A DNA stretch of 64,000 nt from Promethearchaeia archaeon. GTDB taxonomy: Archaea; Asgardarchaeota; Lokiarchaeia; Sigyniarchaeales; SOKP01. A program made the translations under genes and the position numbers. The stretch's first letter is position 1; every line of letters starts with the position of its first letter. The notes under the pieces were generated by a model. It was not told the origin of the DNA and ran no database searches. It saw only the letters and a program-made list of their open reading frames with translations. Location of the stretch: the NCBI GenBank assembly GCA_029856125.1, contig JAHQWJ010000062.1:105658-169657 (forward strand). Direction: 5' to 3'. Of this stretch, positions 39,423 through 49,583 are shown piece by piece.

Positions 39423-39776
39423 ATGTCAAAAGTAAAGAAAAAATCAACTAGATTAGATGGAGGCTTATCACAAGAAGATCTAATATTTGAAAAAATTATT
39501 TATTTTTCGGGGTGGATTTTTTTACTAATCTTACTTGTATATCTCGGAGCGTTTTTGGTTTTTGACTTTATGTTTGGGTTTATTGAATTGGAGCTAAACG
39601 CATCAAATTTTAGCGTGATCATTTTCACGGGAACTAATACTGCAATAAGTTTTGCTCTCGCAACTAGAATTAAAAAAAATAGAGATCAAAAAAAGAAATT
39701 GTTTGTTGATTGGTTGAAGGGCGAATTTCTGTTTTGCGTGATCGCGATTCTAGTTGTTGCTGCTTACCAATGGTAG
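39423..39776 (+). CDS. Hypothetical membrane protein (3 TM)
   Basis: Three hydrophobic segments. Confidence 0.7.
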   Translation: MSKVKKKSTRLDGGLSQEDLIFEKIIYFSGWIFLLILLVYLGAFLVFDFMFGFIELELNASNFSVIIFTGTNTAISFALATRIKKNRDQKKKLFVDWLKGEFLFCVIAILVVAAYQW

Positions 39777-39801
39777 ATCCCTATTACTATTGATTGAATG
39801 A

Positions 39802-40140
39802 CTACTTATAATCATCTCTTGAAGGACTAAATACATCTATAACCTCTGAATTTTCTAAGATTGTAGCTCCATGTTTTTCATTTGATTCAAAAACGTAACT
39901 ATCGCCGGCTCCTACGACAAAATTTCCTTTTTCAGTTTCGAATTGTAACTTTCCTGTTATCACGTAACCTATTTGATGCTCTTTATGAGAGTGTAAAGGT
40001 ACGTACGAATTTTTATCTAACGAAAAATAACATAGCATCATGTTGTTATTATACACTAAAGTTTTCCTGTAAATTCCAGGTAGCATTTCAATAGCATTAA
40101 CAGAATTTTTACTTACTGGTTTTTTGCTCATATTAAACAC
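39802..40140 (-). CDS. Cupin domain protein
   Basis: PLHSHKEHQIGYVITG...GDSY...KHGA...DVFSPSRDDY. Confidence 0.88.
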   Translation of the reverse strand: MFNMSKKPVSKNSVNAIEMLPGIYRKTLVYNNNMMLCYFSLDKNSYVPLHSHKEHQIGYVITGKLQFETEKGNFVVGAGDSYVFESNEKHGATILENSEVIDVFSPSRDDYK

Positions 40141-40444
40141 ATTTTATTTTTGATTACTTCGACTTTTTCTGTATTTGTAATCGTAGTTAATCGTTATTAA
40201 ATCTAGTAGAGATCAATTAAAAATTACAAAATCGGGAAAGACGACTATTTTAATAGATTGCGTGAAATATCGAGGATAATAATTACCCGAATGAAATTTT
40301 CGAAAGGAATAGAGATTGTTCTGTGAATGTTCTTGCTGGGTATTTAAGTTTTGAGTAAAATATTAATAGAGTAACTTTATAACGGAAAAAAAAATACATT
40401 TTTATATCAAAAGAGGCAAAGTATAAACGATAAGAAATATTCGT

Positions 40445-40512
40445 TAAGGGTATTGTTTCGGTTCAGAGCGCCGACAAAAATTTTAGACTTTAAATCTAAT
40501 CATATACCTTTA
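40445..40512 (+). promoter_or_regulatory. Possible structured 5' leader of nrdD (three-stem junction)
   Basis: P1 TAAGGGTAT/ATACCTTTA, P2 TG..TCGGT/GCCGACA, P3 TTAGA/TCTAA; TATAAA at 40422-27. Confidence 0.3.
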
Positions 40513-40548
40513 TCACTTTATTTAGGAATACTAAACTAAAAAAAAATA

Positions 40549-42687
40549 ATGATTATTATGATATTGACTCCAGAATCTGATGCAAGGAAAGAAGAAAAAG
40601 GTCTTGAAAGGGGATTTCTAAAAAATTTACTACCAAACGTATCACGAACGGAAGGCGATGTCGTGCCTTTTGACCCATTAAAGATTAAACAAAGTATTAT
40701 GAAAGAAACCGGTTTAGATCAAAAATCTGCAGATCAAATTACTGAATTAGTGGTTAGAAGGATAATATCTTCCAGCATTAGTTTTCTCTCAGGTCCACAT
40801 ATAAGAGAGATTGTATGTTCAATTTTATCTGAACAGCACTACGAAGACGAAAGGAAGTTATATACGCGAATAGGAATGCCACTAATGGATTACGAAGCTA
40901 TATTAGAAAAGGGCGTTAACGAAAATGCTAATCAAGACATGAATCCTGAATCCATTCACCATTGGGCTGCCAATAGAATCTCTGAGGAGTATGCCCTTTT
41001 AAGAATATTAGACTCAAAGGAGGCTCACGCTCACTTGTATGGCAATTTACACGTCCACATGCTAAGGTATTTTGATTTGCGCCCATTTTGCATGGAATGG
41101 GATCCTCGCATGATTCTCGAACACGGGCTTCCTCCTGTTAATAGTTGGGTGCATTGTAGCAAGTCTGGTCCCGCTGGTAGTTTGAGAGTGGCAGTAACTC
41201 ACTTGGCAAAGTGGTTAGGGACGATTCAGGGTGAATTTAGTGGTGGTCAGGGGTATGATTATATAACGACGTTTCTTGCCCCCTATGCAAAAGGAGTCTC
41301 ACAAAGAGAAATCGAGCAATCGATGCAATGTTTGATATTTGAAACTAACCAAATTTTTGCAGCAAGAGGTGGTCAAGTACCTTTCACATCTATTTCGTGT
41401 ACTCCGACCGTACCTGAAGGTTTATTAGACATACCTGCGGTTGGCCCACATGGAAAGCTTAATGGACGGTATGGAGATTATAAGAACGAATGCCTTACAC
41501 TTTTTGACGCCCTTACAGATGTGTATATCCATGGAGACTGCAACGGAAAGCTATTTGCGTTCCCAAAACACGAGGTGAAAATCAAAAAAGCGTGGCTTAA
41601 AGAATTTGAACCGTCGTACATAAAATTAATGGAAGAAGTCGTCAAAATGGGTACTCCTTATTTTCTTAATATGTGCCCTGAGTGGATGCCAGACGAAATT
41701 CATAGCCAATGTTGTCGGAAATTTCTTAGCGGAAACCAAATTATAGAGAAGTGCGTGTTAGACCCTGAAGAGAGAAAAACTGCTAATGTATGGGAAAATT
41801 ACGTATCCATCGGCTCACTGCAAAGCGTTAGTCTAAATTTACCTCGCTATGCTTATATTTCTAAGGATGAAGGCGATTACTTAAGGGTTTTAGAAGAAAA
41901 CATGGAACTTTCGGCTAGAATTTTGCGTAAAAAATGGAAATTAATGGAAAAACGTCTAAAATCGGGCCACTTGCCTTTATGTAGTGGAGAAATTAATGGT
42001 CGGCCGATTTTTAACTTAAAAAACCAAAACCTCTCCATAGGCTTCACGGGTCTAAACGAAGCGGTAAAAAGTCTTATAGGTTTTGAGCTGCACGAAAATA
42101 CTACCGCATACGATTTTGGGAGGAGAATATTAGAATATATGGTCGCTAAGTGTAACTCCATGACAGAAAGAGACGGAATTTTATATTCTTTATGGGAACA
42201 GCCCTCCGAATCGTCGAGTAATCGTTTTGCTAGGTTAGATTTAAAGCATTTCCCCAAAAAAGCCATACCTCAATCGAGTGGGATATCTGCTTATTACACA
42301 AATTCAGATCATATCCGCTACGACGCTGATATCCCATTATCAAAAAGAATTAAATTGCAGGCAGATTACCATCCTATTGTCGAAGGTGGCGTTATAACCC
42401 ATATATGGCTTGGAGAGCAAAAACCGGATGTTTTAGGCCTTTGGGAGCTTACAAAAAACATTTGTCTTAATACAAATACTGCTTACTTTGCTTATACACC
42501 AGATTTTACCTATTGTCCTCACTGTAGGAAAATGTTCAGGGGTGGTAGTTTCACATGTCCTCAATGCCATTCCACCGATGTAAAAGTATACTCTAGAGTT
42601 ACGGGGTATTATAGCGAAGTAGATAGATATAACCCTGGTAAAAAAGCCGAATGGAAAGCGAGAAAACGAGAACATCTTATTAAATAA
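40549..42687 (+). CDS. nrdD: Class III anaerobic ribonucleotide reductase with ATP cone
   Basis: ATP cone, QGEFSGGQG, ARGGQVPF, LNLPR, YYTNS, zinc site CPHC..CPQC, glycyl-radical motif SRVTGYY. Confidence 0.95.
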   Translation: MIIMILTPESDARKEEKGLERGFLKNLLPNVSRTEGDVVPFDPLKIKQSIMKETGLDQKSADQITELVVRRIISSSISFLSGPHIREIVCSILSEQHYEDERKLYTRIGMPLMDYEAILEKGVNENANQDMNPESIHHWAANRISEEYALLRILDSKEAHAHLYGNLHVHMLRYFDLRPFCMEWDPRMILEHGLPPVNSWVHCSKSGPAGSLRVAVTHLAKWLGTIQGEFSGGQGYDYITTFLAPYAKGVSQREIEQSMQCLIFETNQIFAARGGQVPFTSISCTPTVPEGLLDIPAVGPHGKLNGRYGDYKNECLTLFDALTDVYIHGDCNGKLFAFPKHEVKIKKAWLKEFEPSYIKLMEEVVKMGTPYFLNMCPEWMPDEIHSQCCRKFLSGNQIIEKCVLDPEERKTANVWENYVSIGSLQSVSLNLPRYAYISKDEGDYLRVLEENMELSARILRKKWKLMEKRLKSGHLPLCSGEINGRPIFNLKNQNLSIGFTGLNEAVKSLIGFELHENTTAYDFGRRILEYMVAKCNSMTERDGILYSLWEQPSESSSNRFARLDLKHFPKKAIPQSSGISAYYTNSDHIRYDADIPLSKRIKLQADYHPIVEGGVITHIWLGEQKPDVLGLWELTKNICLNTNTAYFAYTPDFTYCPHCRKMFRGGSFTCPQCHSTDVKVYSRVTGYYSEVDRYNPGKKAEWKARKREHLIK

Positions 42688-42730
42688 TTTATTTTGTTTT
42701 TTTTATATACTTTTAAACGTTATTCTAATT

Positions 42731-43048
42731 ATGAGTAAAGATGTATCACTAAAAGAATTTCAAAAGAAAATAGATAATTGGATCGCTCATCACGGAGGAT
42801 ATTGGCCTCCTCTTTCTATGCTTAGTGCAATTGTAGAAGAAATTGGGGAACTCGCAAAAGAAATAAATCATTTAGAAGGGTTTAAACCTAAAAAACCTGA
42901 TAAAATTTCAGCCAATTTGGGCGAGGAGCTCGCAGATGTCATATTTGCTCTAATTTGTCTCGCTAATTCCTATAAAATTGACATTAGCTACGAATTAGAA
43001 GCCGTAATGAAAAAATATACAATAAGAGATTCTAATAGGTTCAAGTAA
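42731..43048 (+). CDS. MazG-like NTP pyrophosphohydrolase
   Basis: GYWPPLS, EEIGELAKEIN, EELADV, RDSNRF. Confidence 0.9.
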   Translation: MSKDVSLKEFQKKIDNWIAHHGGYWPPLSMLSAIVEEIGELAKEINHLEGFKPKKPDKISANLGEELADVIFALICLANSYKIDISYELEAVMKKYTIRDSNRFK

Positions 43049-43182
43049 ATTAAATTATTTTATTTAAACCTCATCTCATTTATCGTATCATATTTTGAAA
43101 AATTTTAATTCTTTTCAGCTTTTTATTTTTTAGATATAGATAGTAAAAATATTTAATAAAAATTGTTTTATAACGATATAAA

Positions 43183-44358
43183 ATGCAGAAAGAAGGTATA
43201 GAGAAACAAAAAATCCTTGAGCTACTTGAAAAAAAGCTAAAAAAGGATTTATCCTACGATTCCGGCTCAATTTTAGGTTCTATGTGCTCAGAACCTTTAA
43301 ACATCGCTAAAGAAATACATAATAAGTATATATCAAAAAATTTGGGAGATCCGGGATTATTTTTAGGCACCGCTGAATTAGAAGATGAAGTTATACGCGA
43401 AATTGGTGAATTATTTGGTAACAGTAGTATTTATGGTACGTTTACAACTGGGGGATCAGAGGCAAATTTAATAGCAATGCGGATTGCTAGAAATTTACGA
43501 CCTCATATTAAGAAACCAGAGGTTGTACTCCCGTGCTCTGCTCATATATCCTTTGATAAAGCAGCAGATTTATTAAATATTAAGTTGAAAAAGGTAAATC
43601 TTCTTAATAATTTTCAATTAGATTTAAATCATTTAGAATCTCTCGTTAATGATAACACATGCGCTGTTGTTGGAGTTGCGGGTACAACATCCTTAGGTTT
43701 AATTGATCCTATTGAAGAAATAGGGAAACTTATTGGAGGACGAGACATATTTTTTCACGTAGATGCTGCCTTTGGTGGATTTGTGTTACCTTTTTTAAAG
43801 GAGTTAGGGTATCCTATTCCAGCTTGGGATTTTTCAGTGAAAAGCGTGGATTCAATTACAGCAGATCCTCACAAAATGGGTTTAGGAATTATACCTTCAG
43901 GTGGATATTTCATTAGAGACGCTTCGATTTTAAAAAAAACAGGATTTGAAATTCCCTATTTAGCAGGTGGAAATTTTCAGCATTTTCACATTGTAGGTAC
44001 TAGACCAGGAAGTCCGATTATAGCGTTTTGGGCAATTTTAAAGCTTTTAGGGATTAATGGTTTTAAGGAGATTGTGAAAAAATGTATGGAAAATACAAAG
44101 TTCCTAGCCCAAAGAATATCAGAAATTGATGGTGTAAAATTAGCGGTTGACCCAGTTATGAACGTAGTAGGAATCACCACCGAAAGTGGAAAAAGTATAT
44201 GTGAAGTTGAAAAATCTTTACGTGACAGCAAATGGATGTTAGGAAAATTTCTGGATTTCAATTTAGTGAGAGTGGTGATTATGCCTCACGTAAAAAGAGA
44301 GCATTTAATCGAATTTAGTTCTGATTTAGAAAAAATCGTAAAAAAACTAAAATTATAA
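43183..44358 (+). CDS. mfnA: L-tyrosine/L-aspartate decarboxylase (PLP, group II)
   Basis: GSMC, NLGDPGL, GGSEAN, HVDAAFGG, DPHK, GTRPG, VIMPHV. Confidence 0.92.
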   Translation: MQKEGIEKQKILELLEKKLKKDLSYDSGSILGSMCSEPLNIAKEIHNKYISKNLGDPGLFLGTAELEDEVIREIGELFGNSSIYGTFTTGGSEANLIAMRIARNLRPHIKKPEVVLPCSAHISFDKAADLLNIKLKKVNLLNNFQLDLNHLESLVNDNTCAVVGVAGTTSLGLIDPIEEIGKLIGGRDIFFHVDAAFGGFVLPFLKELGYPIPAWDFSVKSVDSITADPHKMGLGIIPSGGYFIRDASILKKTGFEIPYLAGGNFQHFHIVGTRPGSPIIAFWAILKLLGINGFKEIVKKCMENTKFLAQRISEIDGVKLAVDPVMNVVGITTESGKSICEVEKSLRDSKWMLGKFLDFNLVRVVIMPHVKREHLIEFSSDLEKIVKKLKL

Positions 44359-44474
44359 AAAGTAATGATAGAGAATTTTATAATATACGTCAATTATATA
44401 TCATAAGTCAAACAATAGTAAAATAACATTTTAAATTTAAGTAGGGTTAAAATCCTTTAGAAATGAGTTAGAGA

Positions 44475-45281
44475 ATGGCAAAAGATAAAAAAAAAAAGAT
44501 TGGAATAAAAACAACGAGGTATTATACGAAAACATGTACCAGTTGTAATTACGAATACCCTAATTGGTTTACTAATTGTCCTAAATGCGGTGCCGCTTGG
44601 GACTCTAATAAGGCAGCCTTGAGTGTCGGAAAAAAGGAAGTACCGAGAAAAACGATTAAAATTGTCGTAAAAATAACGGAAGAAGATTTTGACGACGCTT
44701 TTGAAAGAGTACAATTAATTTTTAGCGCTGATCAGGGTGTGTCGTGGTATAGCTTGAGGATGGAAAACAAGTTAGATTATTTTATTGCCGAAATAGTTGA
44801 AGTTCCGTTGGGTGCTGTTGTTATTTATTACATTGAAGTGTTCTTAGCACACGGAGAAAAAATCGTTGAAAATAACGACGGTAAGTACTTTCATTACAAA
44901 GTTGGCTTACCTGTGGAAAATTTAGAAAACGAAGAGGATCAATCCACAGAAAGTATTCCTCATTCCTCAGAATATAAACCTTTCAAGGTAACGAATCAAT
45001 CCGTTGGAAAAGCAGAAAGTATCGAAAATTCCAAGGTCGAGCTTGAGGACGAATTGGATAAAATAATTTTTAACGATTCAATCCAACTCTCTGAACTTCA
45101 TGTAAGCAAACAAATCGATGTACCACCCCCTCAGCCAAAAAAATATCATGTTGACGATACTAAAACGATTTTTGGAACTCTTCAAACTCAGATAGATCCA
45201 GAGTTGAAATTCTGTCCTTTTTGTAATTCAAAAATCAAAAAAATGTGGAGTACGTGCCCCATTTGCGGTAAAAACCTTTAG
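44475..45281 (+). CDS. Protein with N- and C-terminal zinc ribbons flanking a beta-rich domain and acidic linker
   Basis: CTSC...CPKCG at the N-terminus; CPFC...CPICG at the C-terminus. Confidence 0.8.
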   Translation: MAKDKKKKIGIKTTRYYTKTCTSCNYEYPNWFTNCPKCGAAWDSNKAALSVGKKEVPRKTIKIVVKITEEDFDDAFERVQLIFSADQGVSWYSLRMENKLDYFIAEIVEVPLGAVVIYYIEVFLAHGEKIVENNDGKYFHYKVGLPVENLENEEDQSTESIPHSSEYKPFKVTNQSVGKAESIENSKVELEDELDKIIFNDSIQLSELHVSKQIDVPPPQPKKYHVDDTKTIFGTLQTQIDPELKFCPFCNSKIKKMWSTCPICGKNL

Positions 45282-45322
45282 AGAATATTATTAAATTTAG
45301 TTTTTTAGTTTGGTTCTCGTTC

Positions 45323-47056
45323 TTAGAGTTTACTACCACATTTATTACAGTAAGCGTAATCGGAAGATAATGTTGTTCCGCATTGTTCGCAAATTAGGAG
45401 ATCATTTTTCTTCTCTTTTTGGTTTTCTTCTTGAACTGATTGAGAGGATGTAATTGCTGTGAATGATGTGAAATTTCTATCTATGTCTGCTACGTTAGGA
45501 ATTATTCGCAATTTAGATTTCTCTTCTTTGTCACCCTTTATTGTAGCGGTAAAAGGAATAAAAGACGCGCTACTTTCCTCTGGAATTCCTTCCGTTCTTT
45601 GAGTTAAAGTCTGGAACAATGAACTTGGTTTGGAACTCGGTGATACTTGAGACGATGTCTGTTCGGGTGTCACACCTTCAACAGAAGATTTTTTTTCCTT
45701 TTTACTTTTTTTTGATGTCTTCATCCCTTCAAATAATTCCCCTTGTTTCGCTCGTTGTTCAGAAATTTTCTTTTCTTTTTCGATTTTAGACTTTTCTTTA
45801 TCTTGTTTCTTTTTCTCTTTAGCTAATCTTTTTTGTTCTTTTTTAGGTATTATTGTTTGCGGCATATAATCGACTAACGACTCCGAAGATGCAGGTTGGG
45901 AAACTGGCTCGTCGTCTACTTCTTGTTTTGGTTGGGGGGTTGGTTCAAATGTCATAGAAGCAGGTAATGGTTTAGGTGCCTCTTCTCTTTTCGTGACGCG
46001 AAATGGAGTTTGGAAAGAGGTGCTCTCCGGGGGATTTTCTGTTTTAGGTAGTTGAAATTCTTTGGGTGTAGGTGCAGGGATTGGAACATTTGATGTAAAA
46101 GGAATAGTTTTTGGCTTATATGTTTCTTTATCGTTTGTTGTAGTTGCTTGTTCTGACGGTTGAGATTTCTCAGCCATAATCTGATCGGGCGTTTTAAATT
46201 CTATGTCTGTTGGTTCGGGCGTAAAAATTTCTGGATTAGGGTGAGGTTGAGAAACGGGAGTAGGTTCGGGTACTGGTGGAGCTTCATATTCAAGTTCGGG
46301 TTCTGGTTCAAAAATGGGTGTGGGTTCTTTAGAGTATGTTATTTTCGGTTCGGGTACTGGTGGAGCTTCATATTCAAGTTCAGGTTCGGGTTCCGGAACA
46401 GGTGGTGCTAAATACTCAGTTTTAGGTATTGTAGGTTGAACAATTGTCTTTTCGATGGGTTCGCTTCCTTTGATAATTTCTCCTGGAGCGTAAACGGTTT
46501 CGTTAGAGATTAATTGGTCAGGAACCCCTTGTCCTATCATCAAACAAGCGAGAATGTGAAAGCAATCTCCGACACCGTCACCCGTTTTAGCAGAAGTCTC
46601 CATATAATACAAGTTGAAATCTCTCGTAAAATTGTTAATTTCTTCAACTGAAACAGCTCTAATGTCAGTTAAATCGCTTTTATTGCCAACAAGTAATACA
46701 GGTATATCAACTTTTATGTTAGCCCTAACTTCTTCAATCCACTGTGGTAAATGTTCAAAACTTGCAGAGTTCGTAAGATCAAAGACGAGGATTGTACCGA
46801 GCGATCCTCTATAATACATTGGTCTGATTGAGCTAAATCGTTCTTGGCCGCCGGTATCCCAGAGTTGGAGCTTACATTTGATCGGTCCTTCAAAAGTATC
46901 AATCGAGATCGTTTTTACATGAAAATCAACACCGATTGTCATCTTATAATCTTCAGTAAAGAACCCTTTCGAGAATCGGAGTGTAAGTGCGGTTTTACCG
47001 ACACCACCATCTCCTACCACGATTGATTTAAAAAGGTAATCATATTCTTCAACCAT
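45323..47056 (-). CDS. Rab-like small GTPase with ~350-aa Pro/Glu-rich disordered tail and C-terminal zinc ribbon
   Basis: YDYLFK, GDGGVGKT, TIGVDF, LQLWDTGGQERF, YYRG, GNKSDL, ETSAK; tail ends CEQCG...CNKCG. Confidence 0.92.
   Translation of the reverse strand: MVEEYDYLFKSIVVGDGGVGKTALTLRFSKGFFTEDYKMTIGVDFHVKTISIDTFEGPIKCKLQLWDTGGQERFSSIRPMYYRGSLGTILVFDLTNSASFEHLPQWIEEVRANIKVDIPVLLVGNKSDLTDIRAVSVEEINNFTRDFNLYYMETSAKTGDGVGDCFHILACLMIGQGVPDQLISNETVYAPGEIIKGSEPIEKTIVQPTIPKTEYLAPPVPEPEPELEYEAPPVPEPKITYSKEPTPIFEPEPELEYEAPPVPEPTPVSQPHPNPEIFTPEPTDIEFKTPDQIMAEKSQPSEQATTTNDKETYKPKTIPFTSNVPIPAPTPKEFQLPKTENPPESTSFQTPFRVTKREEAPKPLPASMTFEPTPQPKQEVDDEPVSQPASSESLVDYMPQTIIPKKEQKRLAKEKKKQDKEKSKIEKEKKISEQRAKQGELFEGMKTSKKSKKEKKSSVEGVTPEQTSSQVSPSSKPSSLFQTLTQRTEGIPEESSASFIPFTATIKGDKEEKSKLRIIPNVADIDRNFTSFTAITSSQSVQEENQKEKKNDLLICEQCGTTLSSDYAYCNKCGSKL
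46263..46381. repeat. Exact 35-nt direct repeat (46263-46297, 46347-46381) encoding ELEYEAPPVPEP twice
   Basis: GGTTCGGGTACTGGTGGAGCTTCATATTCAAGTTC twice, 84 nt apart. Confidence 0.9.
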
Positions 47057-47269
47057 TTCAATTCTTCCATTACTTTATTCAGTTTTTGTATTAGAATTTT
47101 TAATAATAATCTAAGTTGTTCTATTATTATTATTAATAAAAATTTATTTAATTATACTTTTGGATATTTTACATCAGATTTTCTAGTTTATGTGTTGGCA
47201 ACTGCTGTTGTACGGCACTTTTTAAAAGAATTTTAGAAACCTTTACCAATTAAATACGTATAATTTTTT

Positions 47270-47304
47270 AAGTCCCCTTTAAAAAACGATTTTAAGGGGG
47301 ACTT
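47270..47304. terminator. 15-bp stem-loop downstream of panB
   Basis: AAGTCCCCTTTAAAA-AACGA-TTTTAAGGGGGACTT. Function inferred from position only. Confidence 0.45.
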
Positions 47305-47329
47305 TTTAGATTAACGGGAAATCATTGTA

Positions 47330-48217
47330 TTACACTTTTCTGTTGTTAAACTCTTCTTCGATATCTACATTTTCAAACCAATCGTTAAGTTTTTCTAAGC
47401 TTTCTTGTGGAAATTCATACGAGTGCTCCCTATCTGGATATAATCCTTTTTCTACTTCGCTTTTATAGCTAAATAATGCATTTCGGACGGATTTTCCCAC
47501 ATCTCCAAAATATTTAAGAAATTTAGGTTTGAAGTCGGTAAAAAGCCCTAACATATCGTTAATAACTAAAATTTGGCCGTCACAGTAAGAACCGGCTCCA
47601 ATTCCTATGGTTGGAATGTCAATCGATTTAGTAATTAATTTAGCTATTTGCCAAGGAATACTTTCCAGGACGATTGAAAACACCCCTGATTTTTCCAGAT
47701 TTTTTGCGTCTAAAATCAGCTTTTTTGCGGCTTCTATCGTTTTCCCTTGAACTAAAAATCCTCCAAACTCATATACAGCCTGAGGTGTAAGTCCTATGTG
47801 CCCCATGACTTGAATATCAGCATCAATCATAGCCTCTATTGTGGGACAAATTTTTGTGCCCCCCTCAACTTTCACGGCTTCAGCTCCACCTTCCTGAATG
47901 AATCTTCCTGCATTCCTAACGGCTTCGTTGATATTGATTTTATACGATAAAAATGGCATATCCCCAACTATCATTGCATTTGAAACTCCACTAGACACTG
48001 CTTTTGTATGGTGAATCATATCGTCCATTGTAACTGCTAATGTATTTTTGTATCCAAGAATTACCATAGAAAGAGAATCACCTACGAGAATTAAATCAAT
48101 TCCACATTCGTCAACGATCTTCGCAAACGAATAGTCGTAAGAAGTGATAGTAACTATTTTTTCTCCGTTTTTTTTCTTCTCAATTATTTTTTGAGCAGTC
48201 ATTTTTTGTAAGGCCAT
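47330..48217 (-). CDS. panB: 3-methyl-2-oxobutanoate hydroxymethyltransferase
   Basis: TSYD, ILVGDSL, GDMPFLSY, VKVEGG, GHIGLTPQ, IGIGAG..CDGQILV. Confidence 0.96.
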   Translation of the reverse strand: MALQKMTAQKIIEKKKNGEKIVTITSYDYSFAKIVDECGIDLILVGDSLSMVILGYKNTLAVTMDDMIHHTKAVSSGVSNAMIVGDMPFLSYKININEAVRNAGRFIQEGGAEAVKVEGGTKICPTIEAMIDADIQVMGHIGLTPQAVYEFGGFLVQGKTIEAAKKLILDAKNLEKSGVFSIVLESIPWQIAKLITKSIDIPTIGIGAGSYCDGQILVINDMLGLFTDFKPKFLKYFGDVGKSVRNALFSYKSEVEKGLYPDREHSYEFPQESLEKLNDWFENVDIEEEFNNRKV

Positions 48218-48437
48218 ACATGAAGTAACGCTATACCTCAGAAAAATGTTTTGTTTGTTTAAATAGACCTAAAATTCTCGGTAGCAAAATTAATTTTCAC
48301 CCTTACAGATCTTTAATATATTGCTTTAATTTGTTCAATGAGTTGCGAAAGTTAGGGATATAAAAGCTGTTGTAACTTACCTAACGCTCATTTTCTTTAT
48401 CGAAAACGAATGTCACGATTTCTATTATCTATCCTTT

Positions 48438-49382
48438 TTAGGCTAAGTTTCTTAGCAATAAGCTCTGAAAATCGTTTAATTCGTTCTTTATTTCGCTGAA
48501 TTTATTATGGAGAGCGATTATCCCTACATAGAAGATATTTTCTACGTTCTCAATTTCTATTAAAAATTTTCGTACGTAATAAGTTTTAGCGTCAGAAAAT
48601 GCCGTTCGGTCGATTATTTCTACTTTTTCGTCTTTTATCCTTTGAAAAAACTCAAGATCTTCGTTAATTTTATTACTTATTTTCTCTTCGAACTCCCGGG
48701 TATCCATGGTATCCATGTAATGATCAGAGATTATAAGACCCGTGTCAGTATATAGTATTGCATAACTACACTTATAATAATTAACGAATCTGTTTAGAAC
48801 GGCGTCAATTTCTTTTAAACGTAACACTGTATTAAGAGAGTAAGAAAATGCTTGAGAGATCGAGGATATATCGTAATAAGAGGTGTTAAAGAATTTAAAT
48901 TTGATATCGTGATTTTGCGACAATATCAGGTTTTTTATCATTTTGGCCCGATCTATATAATCTTCGTCGTTTTTGAACTTTGGATCGAATTTATTGAAAC
49001 ATACTATTACTTCGTTTTCGTAATTAAGATTTCTATAAATATCTAATAACTCGTGGAGATATTCTACCGAATCTTCAAATTTAAGCTCATCTTGAATGTC
49101 AATTAGGTAGTAAATGTAATCTGTTTCAAAAAAATATACTGGATTGGTTACATAGATTTTTCTGAACTTCTTTTGTCCACCCATATCCCAAAGATTAATT
49201 CGATAGGTGTTGAGGAATTTAAAAGAACTGTAATCGATTTTTATCGTTGGTTTTAGGTTTTTAACTCGCTCATAAAAGTTGTATTTCTGCCTAAGAGCTA
49301 TCAAAGCGCTCGTTTTACCGGCATTATCTAGTCCCGCAATAACAAGTTTAAATTCCTTAGATTGGTGAGGATTAGTTGTCAT
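48438..49382 (-). CDS. Arf/Rag-like small GTPase with C-terminal roadblock-like domain
   Basis: GLDNAGKTS, WDMGGQ, NKFD, TSY; C-terminal YAILYTDTGLIISD. Confidence 0.87.
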   Translation of the reverse strand: MTTNPHQSKEFKLVIAGLDNAGKTSALIALRQKYNFYERVKNLKPTIKIDYSSFKFLNTYRINLWDMGGQKKFRKIYVTNPVYFFETDYIYYLIDIQDELKFEDSVEYLHELLDIYRNLNYENEVIVCFNKFDPKFKNDEDYIDRAKMIKNLILSQNHDIKFKFFNTSYYDISSISQAFSYSLNTVLRLKEIDAVLNRFVNYYKCSYAILYTDTGLIISDHYMDTMDTREFEEKISNKINEDLEFFQRIKDEKVEIIDRTAFSDAKTYYVRKFLIEIENVENIFYVGIIALHNKFSEIKNELNDFQSLLLRNLA

Positions 49383-49583
49383 TATTAATTATAAAATTAC
49401 TTTTATCTCGAAAATATTATGTAAAATTAAATTATAAATCTCAATTAATTTATTTATTTTTATTGATTTTTTTGATTTTTACGCGTAAACCAACAAATAA
49501 AGATGATTAAGTTTTATCAATAAGATTTTTTAGGAAACAAATCATTAAATAATTCTAATAAAATTAACTAAGATAAGATTATT

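Noticed and set aside
47270-47304. SECIS element
   Set aside because: No neighbouring gene has an in-frame TGA, and the hairpin lacks the GA-quartet core.
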